Part shown: in pieces, positions 17,560 to 26,423 of the stretch | How positions within the stretch are numbered: position 1 is the first letter of the stretch | Layout: each line of letters starts with the position of its first letter | From: a virus | Taxonomy: Duplodnaviria > Caudoviricetes | Direction: 5' to 3' (one strand) | IMG/VR virus record: IMGVR_UViG_3300032213_003164 | Location: 1-36,447 of that record | Length of the DNA: 36,447 nucleotides | Notes under the pieces: generated by a model | Told to the model about the DNA's origin: nothing | What the model saw: the letters and a program-made list of their open reading frames with translations, nothing else | The model's database searches: none | Program-made: the position numbers and the translations under genes

Positions 17560-19641
17560 ATGAGTCTTAACCCTGAATTCGTTTTAGTCTTGGAAAAATC
17601 TTCACACAACCTGAAGTCCGAGAAGAATGGTAACGAATATTATCTTGAAGGTATAGCAGCAGTATTTGGTAAAGAGAATTCAAACCAAAGAATCTATGAG
17701 GAGAGAGAATATCTTCCCCATTTGCAGTATCTAAAAGAAAAGATAGAACAAAAAAGATTAGTAGGTGAATTAGATCACCCTAAGGAATTTGATGTGTCTT
17801 TAAAGAATATTTCGCACCTAGTTGAAGAGCTTGCTTATGACCAAGATAATAGAACTTTAAGAATTAAAGTTAGACTTTTAGATACACCAGCTGGTAAAAT
17901 AGCTAAATCTTTAGTTGATGCTGGTATTCCAGTTTCTATATCATCAAGAGCAGCAGGTAATGTGATGGAAAACAAAAAAGTACAAATTAAGAAGATTTTT
18001 ACATATGATCTAGTTGCTGATCCTGGATTTGAGAACGCTCAATTAGAGAGAGTTTATGAAAGCTACGGATACAATCTTAATGAAAAGTCAAAAAATGAAT
18101 CCATTTTAAATGGTCTTCCTTTGATGAACGAAAGCTTAGGATTAGAAAATGATTCAAATTTTAAGATATATAGAATCAAAGATCAAGATAAGATACAAAA
18201 GCTTCTAGATAAGGAGCCAAATAAGAGTTTAATCATGGAAAATAATTTCGTTACAGCGGAAGAAATGAATGGATATTCTAAACTAATCAAAAAAGAAATG
18301 GACACTATTAAAGGGTCTATTGAATCATTGAAAGGGATTAAAGAATCTTCCAAAATAACAGAATCATCTTCTCTTGAGGAAAGAGTTGGTAAGTTAGAAA
18401 AGTATGCTGATTATTTAGCAGAAAACCTAGAGGCATCTATTAAGTATGGTGAATACCTAGCTGAAAATTTAGAAGATTCAGTTTCTTATTCTAAGTATCT
18501 TGCAGAGAACCTAGACAAATCTATTTCTTATGCAAAATATCTTGCTGAGCATTTAGATCACAATATCTCTTATTCTGAGTACATTGCAGAGAACGTTGAC
18601 AACAACGTAACAGCAGTTAAAGGTCTAACAGAGAAAGTTGATCAATCTATTGCTTATGCAGAATACGTAGCAGAAAACGTAGACAAGAACATTAAGTATA
18701 GCGAATACCTTGCTGAAAACCTGGATAAGAACATTTCTTATTCTGAGTATCTTGCTGAGAGCGTAGATAAGAACATTTCTTATTCTGAGTACTTAGCAGA
18801 AAACCTAGATAAAGGTTTAGCTTATAGTGAATACTTAGCTGAGAAATTAGATAAGAACATTTCTTATTCTGAGTACTTAGCAGAAAACCTAGATAAAGGT
18901 TTAGCTTATTCTGATTATCTTGGGGAGAGCCTAGATAAGACAGTTCATTACAGTGAGTATATCGCTGAAAAATTAGCTAATAACATCAGCTATGCAGAAT
19001 ACATTGCTGAGTCTGTAAATGCAGCTTCAGGAACAGGAGAGGTAAAAGAAGCAGTAACAAAAGCAATTTCTGAAAACACAAGAACTTCAGGATATGCAGG
19101 AGATTACACAGAGATCTCTTCTAAAATTGACAATTTATTGAATACTGTCGGTAAACAAAAGACAGAAGAAATAGCAGAAAATAAGAACTATCCTTTCTTA
19201 AAGCTTATGGGCGAACAAGGACAAAGAGAATTCTTATCACTGCACGAAGGCCAAAAACAAAAGGTCGCCAAATCCTTAAACGAAAACAATTACTCATCCG
19301 AAAAAGAGGTAGTTGAAATTATGGGTAAAACTCTGAATGAACAAAATCAATCCGGAGAAAAATTCCTAGATTTAATGCCAGAAAAATACAAAACTACCTG
19401 GGATAATATGAACGAGTCTCAAAAGGCTTCTCTATTAGCTCAAAGTAAGTTTCATAAACTGGACACACCTTACCAAATCCAGAATTTCTGGGCTACAAGA
19501 GGTCTTACAGTTACTAAGGCAAATATCGAAAGAATAGACGAATCCCAAGAACAAATAATCGCAGCTCCTCAGCCAAAAGGAATTTCTAGAGAATATCTAG
19601 ATAATCTTTCTGAAGCTTTAGAAGCTAGATTTAAAAAATAA
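17560..19641 (+). CDS. gp21: Prohead protease (T4 gp21-like) fused to a scaffold/core domain
   Basis: LEGI, N.NQRIY, GELDHP, ISH, LLDTPAGKI, ISSRAAG, TYDLVADPGF in the first ~165 aa; then coiled-coil repeats; immediately upstream of MCP. Confidence 0.9.
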   Translation: MSLNPEFVLVLEKSSHNLKSEKNGNEYYLEGIAAVFGKENSNQRIYEEREYLPHLQYLKEKIEQKRLVGELDHPKEFDVSLKNISHLVEELAYDQDNRTLRIKVRLLDTPAGKIAKSLVDAGIPVSISSRAAGNVMENKKVQIKKIFTYDLVADPGFENAQLERVYESYGYNLNEKSKNESILNGLPLMNESLGLENDSNFKIYRIKDQDKIQKLLDKEPNKSLIMENNFVTAEEMNGYSKLIKKEMDTIKGSIESLKGIKESSKITESSSLEERVGKLEKYADYLAENLEASIKYGEYLAENLEDSVSYSKYLAENLDKSISYAKYLAEHLDHNISYSEYIAENVDNNVTAVKGLTEKVDQSIAYAEYVAENVDKNIKYSEYLAENLDKNISYSEYLAESVDKNISYSEYLAENLDKGLAYSEYLAEKLDKNISYSEYLAENLDKGLAYSDYLGESLDKTVHYSEYIAEKLANNISYAEYIAESVNAASGTGEVKEAVTKAISENTRTSGYAGDYTEISSKIDNLLNTVGKQKTEEIAENKNYPFLKLMGEQGQREFLSLHEGQKQKVAKSLNENNYSSEKEVVEIMGKTLNEQNQSGEKFLDLMPEKYKTTWDNMNESQKASLLAQSKFHKLDTPYQIQNFWATRGLTVTKANIERIDESQEQIIAAPQPKGISREYLDNLSEALEARFKK
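18403..19020 (+). repeat. 42-bp (14-aa) tandem coding repeat, 14 units plus a partial 15th, consensus YSEYLAENLDKNIS
   Basis: Register exact: 18991-18403 = 14 x 42. A 62-bp identical stretch occurs at 18764-18825 and 18848-18909. Confidence 0.95.
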
Positions 19642-19654
19642 CATTTTTCAAAAA

Positions 19655-21412
19655 ATGCAACTTATCAATCAACATGAAATTTTTGAAACCTGGGCACCAA
19701 TATTGGAAAGCAAAACAGGTATTCAAGAGAGAGGTAAATTAGACTGGTTAACTAAATACTGTCATTACCACTCATTAAACGAATCTGCCGGAGCGTATAA
19801 CTCTTTAGGCGTATTAAACGGTATGGGCCAAGTATCTCCTGCTTCTAACGTAGGTTTATCTGGCGGTCCTGCTGGCTTTTATGCAGGCGGATCTTATTCT
19901 GGAACTGGTCTTGGTTCTGGCGATAAATTCCCTTCTCTTTTACCTTTAGCTATTCAAGTAGCTGCTAAAACAGTAGGTTTTGATATCGTTCCAGTTATCC
20001 CAATGAGCGGTCCTACAGGCGTATTATCATACTTAGACTATGTTTACGCAGGTGGTAAATTATCTGGTACTGACTCTGTATCTCCATACACAGCAAACAC
20101 TCCAGATTTAATTAAAGTTCCAACAACAACAGCTTCTCCTGTTACTGGTTTAACAGTAGGATCTACTTACCTTTTAGGTGCTTCTGGTCTTTCTTCAACA
20201 AAAGATTTGGACTCTGCAGGTGTAGGTGCTTTAGTAGCTGGTAAATTCGTCGGTAGTTCAAGAATCGATGGTTTCCCAATTTTCCAAGTGGTAGCATTAA
20301 CTGTAGGTTTCTCTATTGCTGACGCAATCGGTGCAGACGCAGTTATTTACTCTGGTTCATATAATACAAGTACAAAGGTTTATACAATCTCTGCAACAGT
20401 AGGATATGCAAACGGTGCTGCTCAATTAGTTAAAACTTTAGAAGATCACGTACAAGGATTCACTGGTTCTGGCGTTGCTAACGACGGTACATGGTCTGGT
20501 CCTTATGTAGACGGTACTAAAGCTTACGATCCAATGTCAAGAGGAACTGCAGAAGGCACTTACTTTAAATCATTAGGTCTTTCTACATTCACTAAGTTTG
20601 TAGAGGCTGGTACATTCCAAGTTGCTGCTTCTGTTACAACTGAGCAAATCCAAGATTTGAACAAGCAATTCGGTATCGACGTAGTTTCTATGATCGAGAA
20701 CGCACTTGTTAACGAGGTTTCTCAAGCGATCAACAAGCACATCTTATCTAGAGCATTTGCTTTAGGTTGGTCTAACCACTATGAATTTGCAAACACCGAA
20801 TTAGGTGGAGCATCTTCTGCTTCTCTAAACATCAATTTAAATATTGGTTCTGGTGGAGCTTCAACTGCATCTTTCATCGGTAAGGACAATGGATCTTTAA
20901 CAATCTATACTCCTGGCGATATTGCTACAGGCGGATACGAGAACCAATCAACTGTACAAAGAAGATTATTCTCAAGAATCTTGGCTGCTGCTAACGTAGT
21001 AGCAAACAGAGGAAGAAGAGGACCTGCTAACTTTATTGTTACTAACGCTCAGGTAGCTTCTGCTTTACAAGATATCTCACAATTCACATTTGCTCCTTTT
21101 ACAAACACGTTAACTCAAAATAACGGTACTTTATATCCAGTTGGTTCAATTGCTGGTATGACCGTTTATGTTGATCAAAACATGTCTTTTGGCGATACGA
21201 GAGTATTGGTTGGAAGAAAAGGTGCTGATGACGAACCAGGTATGAAATTTATGCCTTACATGATGGCTGAGTCAATCCAGACTATCTCTGAAGGTACAAT
21301 GTCACCTAAAATTGCAGTTAAATCTAGATACTCTCTAGTAGAGGCTGGACACCATCCTCAAACAATGTACATATGCTTTAAAGCTATAGTACCTGCAACT
21401 GGTATCGCTTAG
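19655..21412 (+). CDS. gp23: Major capsid protein, T4 gp23-like
   Basis: WAPILE, V.PMSGPTG, T.EQIQDL..QFGID, GRRGPANFIV, GMTVYVD, FMPY, PKIAVKSRY; strong codon bias; followed by a terminator. Confidence 0.95.
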   Translation: MQLINQHEIFETWAPILESKTGIQERGKLDWLTKYCHYHSLNESAGAYNSLGVLNGMGQVSPASNVGLSGGPAGFYAGGSYSGTGLGSGDKFPSLLPLAIQVAAKTVGFDIVPVIPMSGPTGVLSYLDYVYAGGKLSGTDSVSPYTANTPDLIKVPTTTASPVTGLTVGSTYLLGASGLSSTKDLDSAGVGALVAGKFVGSSRIDGFPIFQVVALTVGFSIADAIGADAVIYSGSYNTSTKVYTISATVGYANGAAQLVKTLEDHVQGFTGSGVANDGTWSGPYVDGTKAYDPMSRGTAEGTYFKSLGLSTFTKFVEAGTFQVAASVTTEQIQDLNKQFGIDVVSMIENALVNEVSQAINKHILSRAFALGWSNHYEFANTELGGASSASLNINLNIGSGGASTASFIGKDNGSLTIYTPGDIATGGYENQSTVQRRLFSRILAAANVVANRGRRGPANFIVTNAQVASALQDISQFTFAPFTNTLTQNNGTLYPVGSIAGMTVYVDQNMSFGDTRVLVGRKGADDEPGMKFMPYMMAESIQTISEGTMSPKIAVKSRYSLVEAGHHPQTMYICFKAIVPATGIA

Positions 21413-21435
21413 TATTAATTAAGTTAACCTTTAAT

Positions 21436-21467
21436 AAAAAGCCTCTGAGAGATCAGAGGCTTTTTTT
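21436..21467 (+). terminator. Intrinsic terminator after MCP (possibly bidirectional)
   Basis: aaaaa GCCTCTGA gaga TCAGAGGC ttttttt: 8-bp stem, GNRA loop, T7 tail. Confidence 0.92.
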
Positions 21468-21490
21468 ATTCTCTTTCGAATCTATTGTGG

Positions 21491-21498
21491 GATATATA
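21491..21498 (+). promoter_or_regulatory. Putative late promoter GATATATA
   Basis: After the MCP terminator, 16 nt upstream of ATG 21515. Confidence 0.75.
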
Positions 21499-21514
21499 AA
21501 GAAAAAGTTTACAC

Positions 21515-22627
21515 ATGAAGCTTATTGAAAATTTTAAATCATATAGTGATTGCAAAGAAGCATTAATAGAATCGTATGGCGATATTGATATTGCAAAAAC
21601 CAAATTAATTAAAAAGGGATATTCACCGGATGATTTAGACGAAAGTTTAAATGCAATCAAAGAATCATTAGGCGATAAGATTATTAACTTTTTTTCTAAA
21701 AATCTAGGAGGGGGTATTTCTAAAATAGACAAGATACTAAGAGATATGAAAGAGGAAGAAATTAGATTTAGTAGAGATGAGCACGAGGCAGAATCTAAGT
21801 TCTATAAATTAAGTACAGCTTTGGGTCAATTAAAAAAAGATAAGGCAGATAAATCAGAAACAGACCAATATGTTATTAAATTGAACAAGATTCAAAAATT
21901 AATAAAAGATTTAGTTTCTTCACATAGCTCTATCATGGATAGCTTAGAAAAACAAGTAGATGTTCTAACTAATAAGAAGAATAGAAGAAGCGAATACTAT
22001 AACCTAAAAAGAGCAGAGGATGCTGTAGAGACTAAAAAACTAAGAGCAGAATTTAAAAGAAAGCTTATTAGTCAGGAAGATGATTCTGAGTATTTAAAAG
22101 ACATACAAAAGATTCTAGGAAGTCCTAAAGATGCAGAGAAAGATCTAGAAAAAGCCAAAGAGGATTTAGCTAAAGAAAAAGGAGAAATAGGAGCAAGCGA
22201 TGAGATTTCTAAAATGTCACCAGATAAAATAGAAAACATCCTAGATGAATACCATAAAGAAATTATGGCTTCATTAAAAGATGTTAAGGACTATACAGAA
22301 AAATCATTAGATAGGATTCAAGAGCTTTCCGATAAAAAAGAAATGAATAGGGGAGCTTATAACACCATGAAAAATACATTTGAATCTAAGGTAAGTAAGA
22401 TTTCTAAGTATGTTGAAGAAGCTAAGAGTAAAATATCACAAATAGGAACATCAGATAAAGAAGTAGGAGAAGATTCAAATAAAGCAATAGAATATCTTCT
22501 AAATCTAGGAAAAGCAGTTACCAATATAAAATATTATACCTGGCCAGCTGATGATCTTTCAAAAGAGAAAAAAGAGATTCAATCTGCTTTAGAAGTAGTA
22601 GAAGAAGAAATACAAAAAGCAGCTTAA
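21515..22627 (+). CDS. Coiled-coil hypothetical protein, putative head-internal protein
   Basis: K/E-rich helical ORF; N-terminus MKLIENFKSY; late motif upstream. Confidence 0.55.
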   Translation: MKLIENFKSYSDCKEALIESYGDIDIAKTKLIKKGYSPDDLDESLNAIKESLGDKIINFFSKNLGGGISKIDKILRDMKEEEIRFSRDEHEAESKFYKLSTALGQLKKDKADKSETDQYVIKLNKIQKLIKDLVSSHSSIMDSLEKQVDVLTNKKNRRSEYYNLKRAEDAVETKKLRAEFKRKLISQEDDSEYLKDIQKILGSPKDAEKDLEKAKEDLAKEKGEIGASDEISKMSPDKIENILDEYHKEIMASLKDVKDYTEKSLDRIQELSDKKEMNRGAYNTMKNTFESKVSKISKYVEEAKSKISQIGTSDKEVGEDSNKAIEYLLNLGKAVTNIKYYTWPADDLSKEKKEIQSALEVVEEEIQKAA

Positions 22628-23454
22628 TGAAGAAGTACTCAGACTTCATATTAGACAATTCTCTTAACGAGGGATTTATAAAGAACCTCTTCGGAAAAAT
22701 AGGATCTTTCCTTAAGGGAAGTAAGAGATCTATTTTAGATAAGATCTCTAAAATGAAAGATGCAGAAAAGGAATTTATTAATAAATCTGACGAATTAAAT
22801 TATAATATATTTTCTTCAGAGATAGGAAGAAATCAAGATCCAAATTCAAGACAAAGAGCATTGATGAGCACAAGAGCACTTGAAGCTTTAAGACTTGCAA
22901 AAAATGGTGAAATAAATTTCATAGTAAAAGAAGTGCAAGAGATATGTGGTTCTGACCCTTCCCTGGTAAGTTTTTACAATCAACAAAAAATGCTAGCAGA
23001 TACAGAGCTTGCACAATATGCTTATGAGAAAGCCAAAAAATTCAAGGATAATGATTATGAGAGGGATTTTTATAATCAATGGAAAACACTAGACTCAGAG
23101 GTTCAAAAAGTTAAATTTGATAGCTTTGACGACGAGGATGACACTGTTGCTAATTTGGGAATGTTTGATCTTCCCCTAAAAGAATTTGTTAGCCAAATTC
23201 AAGGATTACCTAAATCGGACATAGCCCAATTGTTGAGCGATGCCAATGATTTAAAATGGAAAATCGCAGACGACTATAGAAAAAAATCCATGAGCATCAG
23301 AGAGTTAAAGAATAAATCATATAGATCTGGAGATATACCAACTTTTAATTTTTCTAGAGAGAAATTTGAGGAAATGAAAAATATATACAGAAAGGCTACT
23401 GTCTCTATAGACAATAAAATGTCAATGCTAAAAAACAGATTAAAGAATATATAA
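22627..23454 (+). CDS. Coiled-coil hypothetical protein, likely distant paralog of the preceding gene
   Basis: MKKYSDFIL..SLNEG; TAATG coupling; similar helical blocks to 21515-22627. Confidence 0.55.
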   Translation: MKKYSDFILDNSLNEGFIKNLFGKIGSFLKGSKRSILDKISKMKDAEKEFINKSDELNYNIFSSEIGRNQDPNSRQRALMSTRALEALRLAKNGEINFIVKEVQEICGSDPSLVSFYNQQKMLADTELAQYAYEKAKKFKDNDYERDFYNQWKTLDSEVQKVKFDSFDDEDDTVANLGMFDLPLKEFVSQIQGLPKSDIAQLLSDANDLKWKIADDYRKKSMSIRELKNKSYRSGDIPTFNFSREKFEEMKNIYRKATVSIDNKMSMLKNRLKNI

Positions 23455-23465
23455 TATAAAAAAAG

Positions 23466-25823
23466 ATGAAAAATAACATCTATAACCCACTTTTCGAAAG
23501 CTTGCTTAAAAAGGTAAACGATTACGAAAATCCACAAGGCATCTCAGAACAAGATGGCGCAGTAAAAGGTACAATTTTTAGCGACTACATGAAAGCTATG
23601 TCCCAATTAGGAGCTAAATTAGTTTCACAATATGCTAATGCTATTCAAACCTATCCTAAGACTGCTGTTAAAACAGAATACATGAAAACCTTTACTGATA
23701 AATTAAAGGCGATTGAGAATTCTATTGATATTACTAAAACACCATCAATTCAATTAGATGGTTTATTTAATAATGTTAAAACTGAGGCAACAGCATTTTT
23801 TGGTCTTGGAGCTAAAGAAGATAAAAGACTTACTAAGCATTTAGAGCCTTGGAGAGATTCATTCAGAACAGGATTTCAGCTTTATACCCAAGCATTTAAA
23901 AGCTTGATGGAATATGTCAAAAAACAAGAAGAGAGCGGACAAGCTAAAATTAGTGAGACTGAAAAAGGTATGATGAAAGCAGGCGTTAGCAAATTTATTG
24001 CATCACTTACTGCATCTTTCGAAAAGAACAAGACAATCACAGATACTAAATGGGGTGAACCAGTTGTTGGCGAGTCTTTAGTTAGAGAAAACTCAGTTAT
24101 AGAAAGATTAATTCAAAATAAAATTTGTGTTGATTTTAACACATTTAATACAGTAATTAATGAGGCTAAAGAGGATAGAGTTGCAAGAAGAGCATCTAGA
24201 GCAATAAGACCTAAGATAGAATCTTTACAAGCAAATATCTCTAACGTGTTAAATCAGATAGGGGGAAGACTTGGAGATCCAGCAAAAGCTAATTTTAAAT
24301 CGTTAGCAATGGCTTCCGAATTCAATAAGATCGCAAACACTCTAGTTTCTATTCAAGATGAATTATCAATCGATAAGGCAGAATTGAAGAATGTTCAATT
24401 TGATGATTTAAATAAACAAGTTGATAATTTAGTTGATCTTTTTAATTCTAAAAAGGAGTCTTATGATAAGACATATTCTGAAGAAGAGAAAACATTAAGA
24501 AGTTCTAAAACACTAGAAATTGCAACTCCAGAAGTTGCCAAATTTATTGCAGACGGCGATGCTCAATTCGATGCATTATCAGATTTAGCCCAAAAAGGAG
24601 CTAATCTTTTCTCTGCAGATATTGAAAAAGAAAAACAAGACAAATCACAAGCTGATAAGCTAAAGGGAGAATCTCAACCAAAGAATCCGGGCAAGAAAGA
24701 CGGAGAGATACAAAAAGGTCAAGACGGAGCAGATTGGAAATGGGACGCTAAAGCAAAGGTTTGGAATAAAGTAGAGGTCTCTGATACTGTTTCTACTTCA
24801 AATATTAAACTTGCATCTCCTCTTAAAAAAGGTGCTAAAGGCGATGAGGTTAAAGCAGTTCAAAAATTGATCATGGATAAAATGGGTACAAAATTAAAAG
24901 ATGTACCTCAGTATAAGAAATTTGCTAAATTTGGAGCAGATGGTAAATTTGGGGGATCTACAGAGGCATTAATACCAGCATTGAAATCTGGTCTAGGCCT
25001 AACTGACACATCATCAGAGATCACACAGGAGTTAGTTGATAAATTAGCAGCAGTTAAAGAATCTTTCGTTTTTGAGCAAGAGTTTAACATGGAAGCTTTT
25101 AATAAAACAATTGGAAGCGGAGGTGGATCATCTTCTGGGGGAGGATCAAAAGGATCTGGGGGAGGATCACCAAAGAAGTCTTCGGCTTTTAAATGTATCA
25201 AAGATTTAGAGAGTGGATTGTCCGTAAGCGGTGGTACTGCAACCCTGAAAAGAGATAACGGAAACATCCACGAATTTAAATCAGATGGAACTTATAGATT
25301 TTATTACAAAGACAAGTGGATGGAAGGAACCTGGAAATGTGTAGATGGTGGATTCGAAGCTTACAGTAAAGAAGATAGCGATACCTATTATGGTAAAGCA
25401 GGAGTTAATAATTGGAAAAGTAATCTAGACAAGGATAAAGCAGCAGCGGCAGCAGAAGCAGCAAAAGCAGCAGGAGCTATTAGGGAAAAGGGACAAGAAG
25501 CAGCCAAAGGTCTATTAAACGCACTTGGGGGAAATGCTGAAGATGAAAAAGCTGTTTATAAAATATTCAAAGAGCAAATCACATCTAAAGAGATTTTTGA
25601 TGCAACAGAAGCAGCTTGGGGTTCAATTTGGCCATCATCGCAAGATCTAGGATATGGAAGTGGATATTACGGAAAAATGTCATGGGCAGAAATTTTCAAG
25701 AAGCATCACAGTTATACAGGAAAAAAAGGATTTAGTCTTAGAGGGGCAATAGATAACCTTTTTAGCGATGCAGAAGTTGGTAGACTTAATGGGTATTTAC
25801 CGTCAGGAGTTGCTAAATTCTAG
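23466..25823 (+). CDS. Large putative virion-internal protein with peptidoglycan-binding (PG_binding_1-like) and annexin-like domains
   Basis: LKKGAKGDEVKAVQKLI...GADGKFGGSTE; C-terminal LLNALGGNAEDEKAVYKIF; N-terminal YNPLFES shared with the 14994 gene. Confidence 0.6.
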   Translation: MKNNIYNPLFESLLKKVNDYENPQGISEQDGAVKGTIFSDYMKAMSQLGAKLVSQYANAIQTYPKTAVKTEYMKTFTDKLKAIENSIDITKTPSIQLDGLFNNVKTEATAFFGLGAKEDKRLTKHLEPWRDSFRTGFQLYTQAFKSLMEYVKKQEESGQAKISETEKGMMKAGVSKFIASLTASFEKNKTITDTKWGEPVVGESLVRENSVIERLIQNKICVDFNTFNTVINEAKEDRVARRASRAIRPKIESLQANISNVLNQIGGRLGDPAKANFKSLAMASEFNKIANTLVSIQDELSIDKAELKNVQFDDLNKQVDNLVDLFNSKKESYDKTYSEEEKTLRSSKTLEIATPEVAKFIADGDAQFDALSDLAQKGANLFSADIEKEKQDKSQADKLKGESQPKNPGKKDGEIQKGQDGADWKWDAKAKVWNKVEVSDTVSTSNIKLASPLKKGAKGDEVKAVQKLIMDKMGTKLKDVPQYKKFAKFGADGKFGGSTEALIPALKSGLGLTDTSSEITQELVDKLAAVKESFVFEQEFNMEAFNKTIGSGGGSSSGGGSKGSGGGSPKKSSAFKCIKDLESGLSVSGGTATLKRDNGNIHEFKSDGTYRFYYKDKWMEGTWKCVDGGFEAYSKEDSDTYYGKAGVNNWKSNLDKDKAAAAAEAAKAAGAIREKGQEAAKGLLNALGGNAEDEKAVYKIFKEQITSKEIFDATEAAWGSIWPSSQDLGYGSGYYGKMSWAEIFKKHHSYTGKKGFSLRGAIDNLFSDAEVGRLNGYLPSGVAKF

Positions 25824-25854
25824 TTTTACATTTTTTAACTAAGGGAAACTTTAG

Positions 25855-25862
25855 TACATTTG
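25855..25862 (+). promoter_or_regulatory. Bacteroidota-type -7 promoter box (TAnnTTTG) before the kinase/asnB pair
   Basis: TACATTTG intergenic, 21 nt before ATG 25884. Confidence 0.5.
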
Positions 25863-25883
25863 GGGATATAAAATATAAATTTT

Positions 25884-26423
25884 ATGTCCCTTTTTGTTAT
25901 AGAAGGAGCTAGAAAATCAGGTAAAACCCATTTTGTTAGTTCCCAAAGTTGGATCCCAGTATTTAAATTTGATTTCAATGGATTGTACACATCCCTGGAT
26001 CTTCCTGCAGAAGGCGAGAAGACCCATCATATTGGGCTGGGTAAAGAATTGATGGTCCAGCAATTAAATCGAGACGGATTCCTTTCTGACCTAATGATGG
26101 ACCGAGGGATTATTACTAATTCAGTCTGGGGTATTCTAAATAAAAGGGTAACCAAAAAATCAGTTTATAAAGAGCTAGATTATATGCTCGGGAACAATCT
26201 TTTCAAAGACACCTTCTTTTTTTTAATTGTAGGGACATCCCCAGAAAATAGAGAAAAAGATGTTTGGGATTATATGGACAAGAAGATTCCAGAAGAGAGC
26301 GCTCTTTTTCTAGAATTCAGCGATTACCTTTCCGAAAGGGGCGTTAAGATTCAGACCATAGAAAATAGATTCGATGCTGAATCACTCTCCACATTTCAAA
26401 CTATAATTAAGAATTTAAAATAA
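25884..26423 (+). CDS. P-loop deoxynucleoside monophosphate kinase (thymidylate kinase-like)
   Basis: VIEGARKSGKT P-loop and MMDRG (DR motif). Confidence 0.7.
   Translation: MSLFVIEGARKSGKTHFVSSQSWIPVFKFDFNGLYTSLDLPAEGEKTHHIGLGKELMVQQLNRDGFLSDLMMDRGIITNSVWGILNKRVTKKSVYKELDYMLGNNLFKDTFFFLIVGTSPENREKDVWDYMDKKIPEESALFLEFSDYLSERGVKIQTIENRFDAESLSTFQTIIKNLK

Noticed and set aside
18403-19020. 42-bp periodic repeat as a CRISPR array
   Set aside because: No unique spacers; units are contiguous, in frame and vary mainly at synonymous or conservative positions within a CDS.
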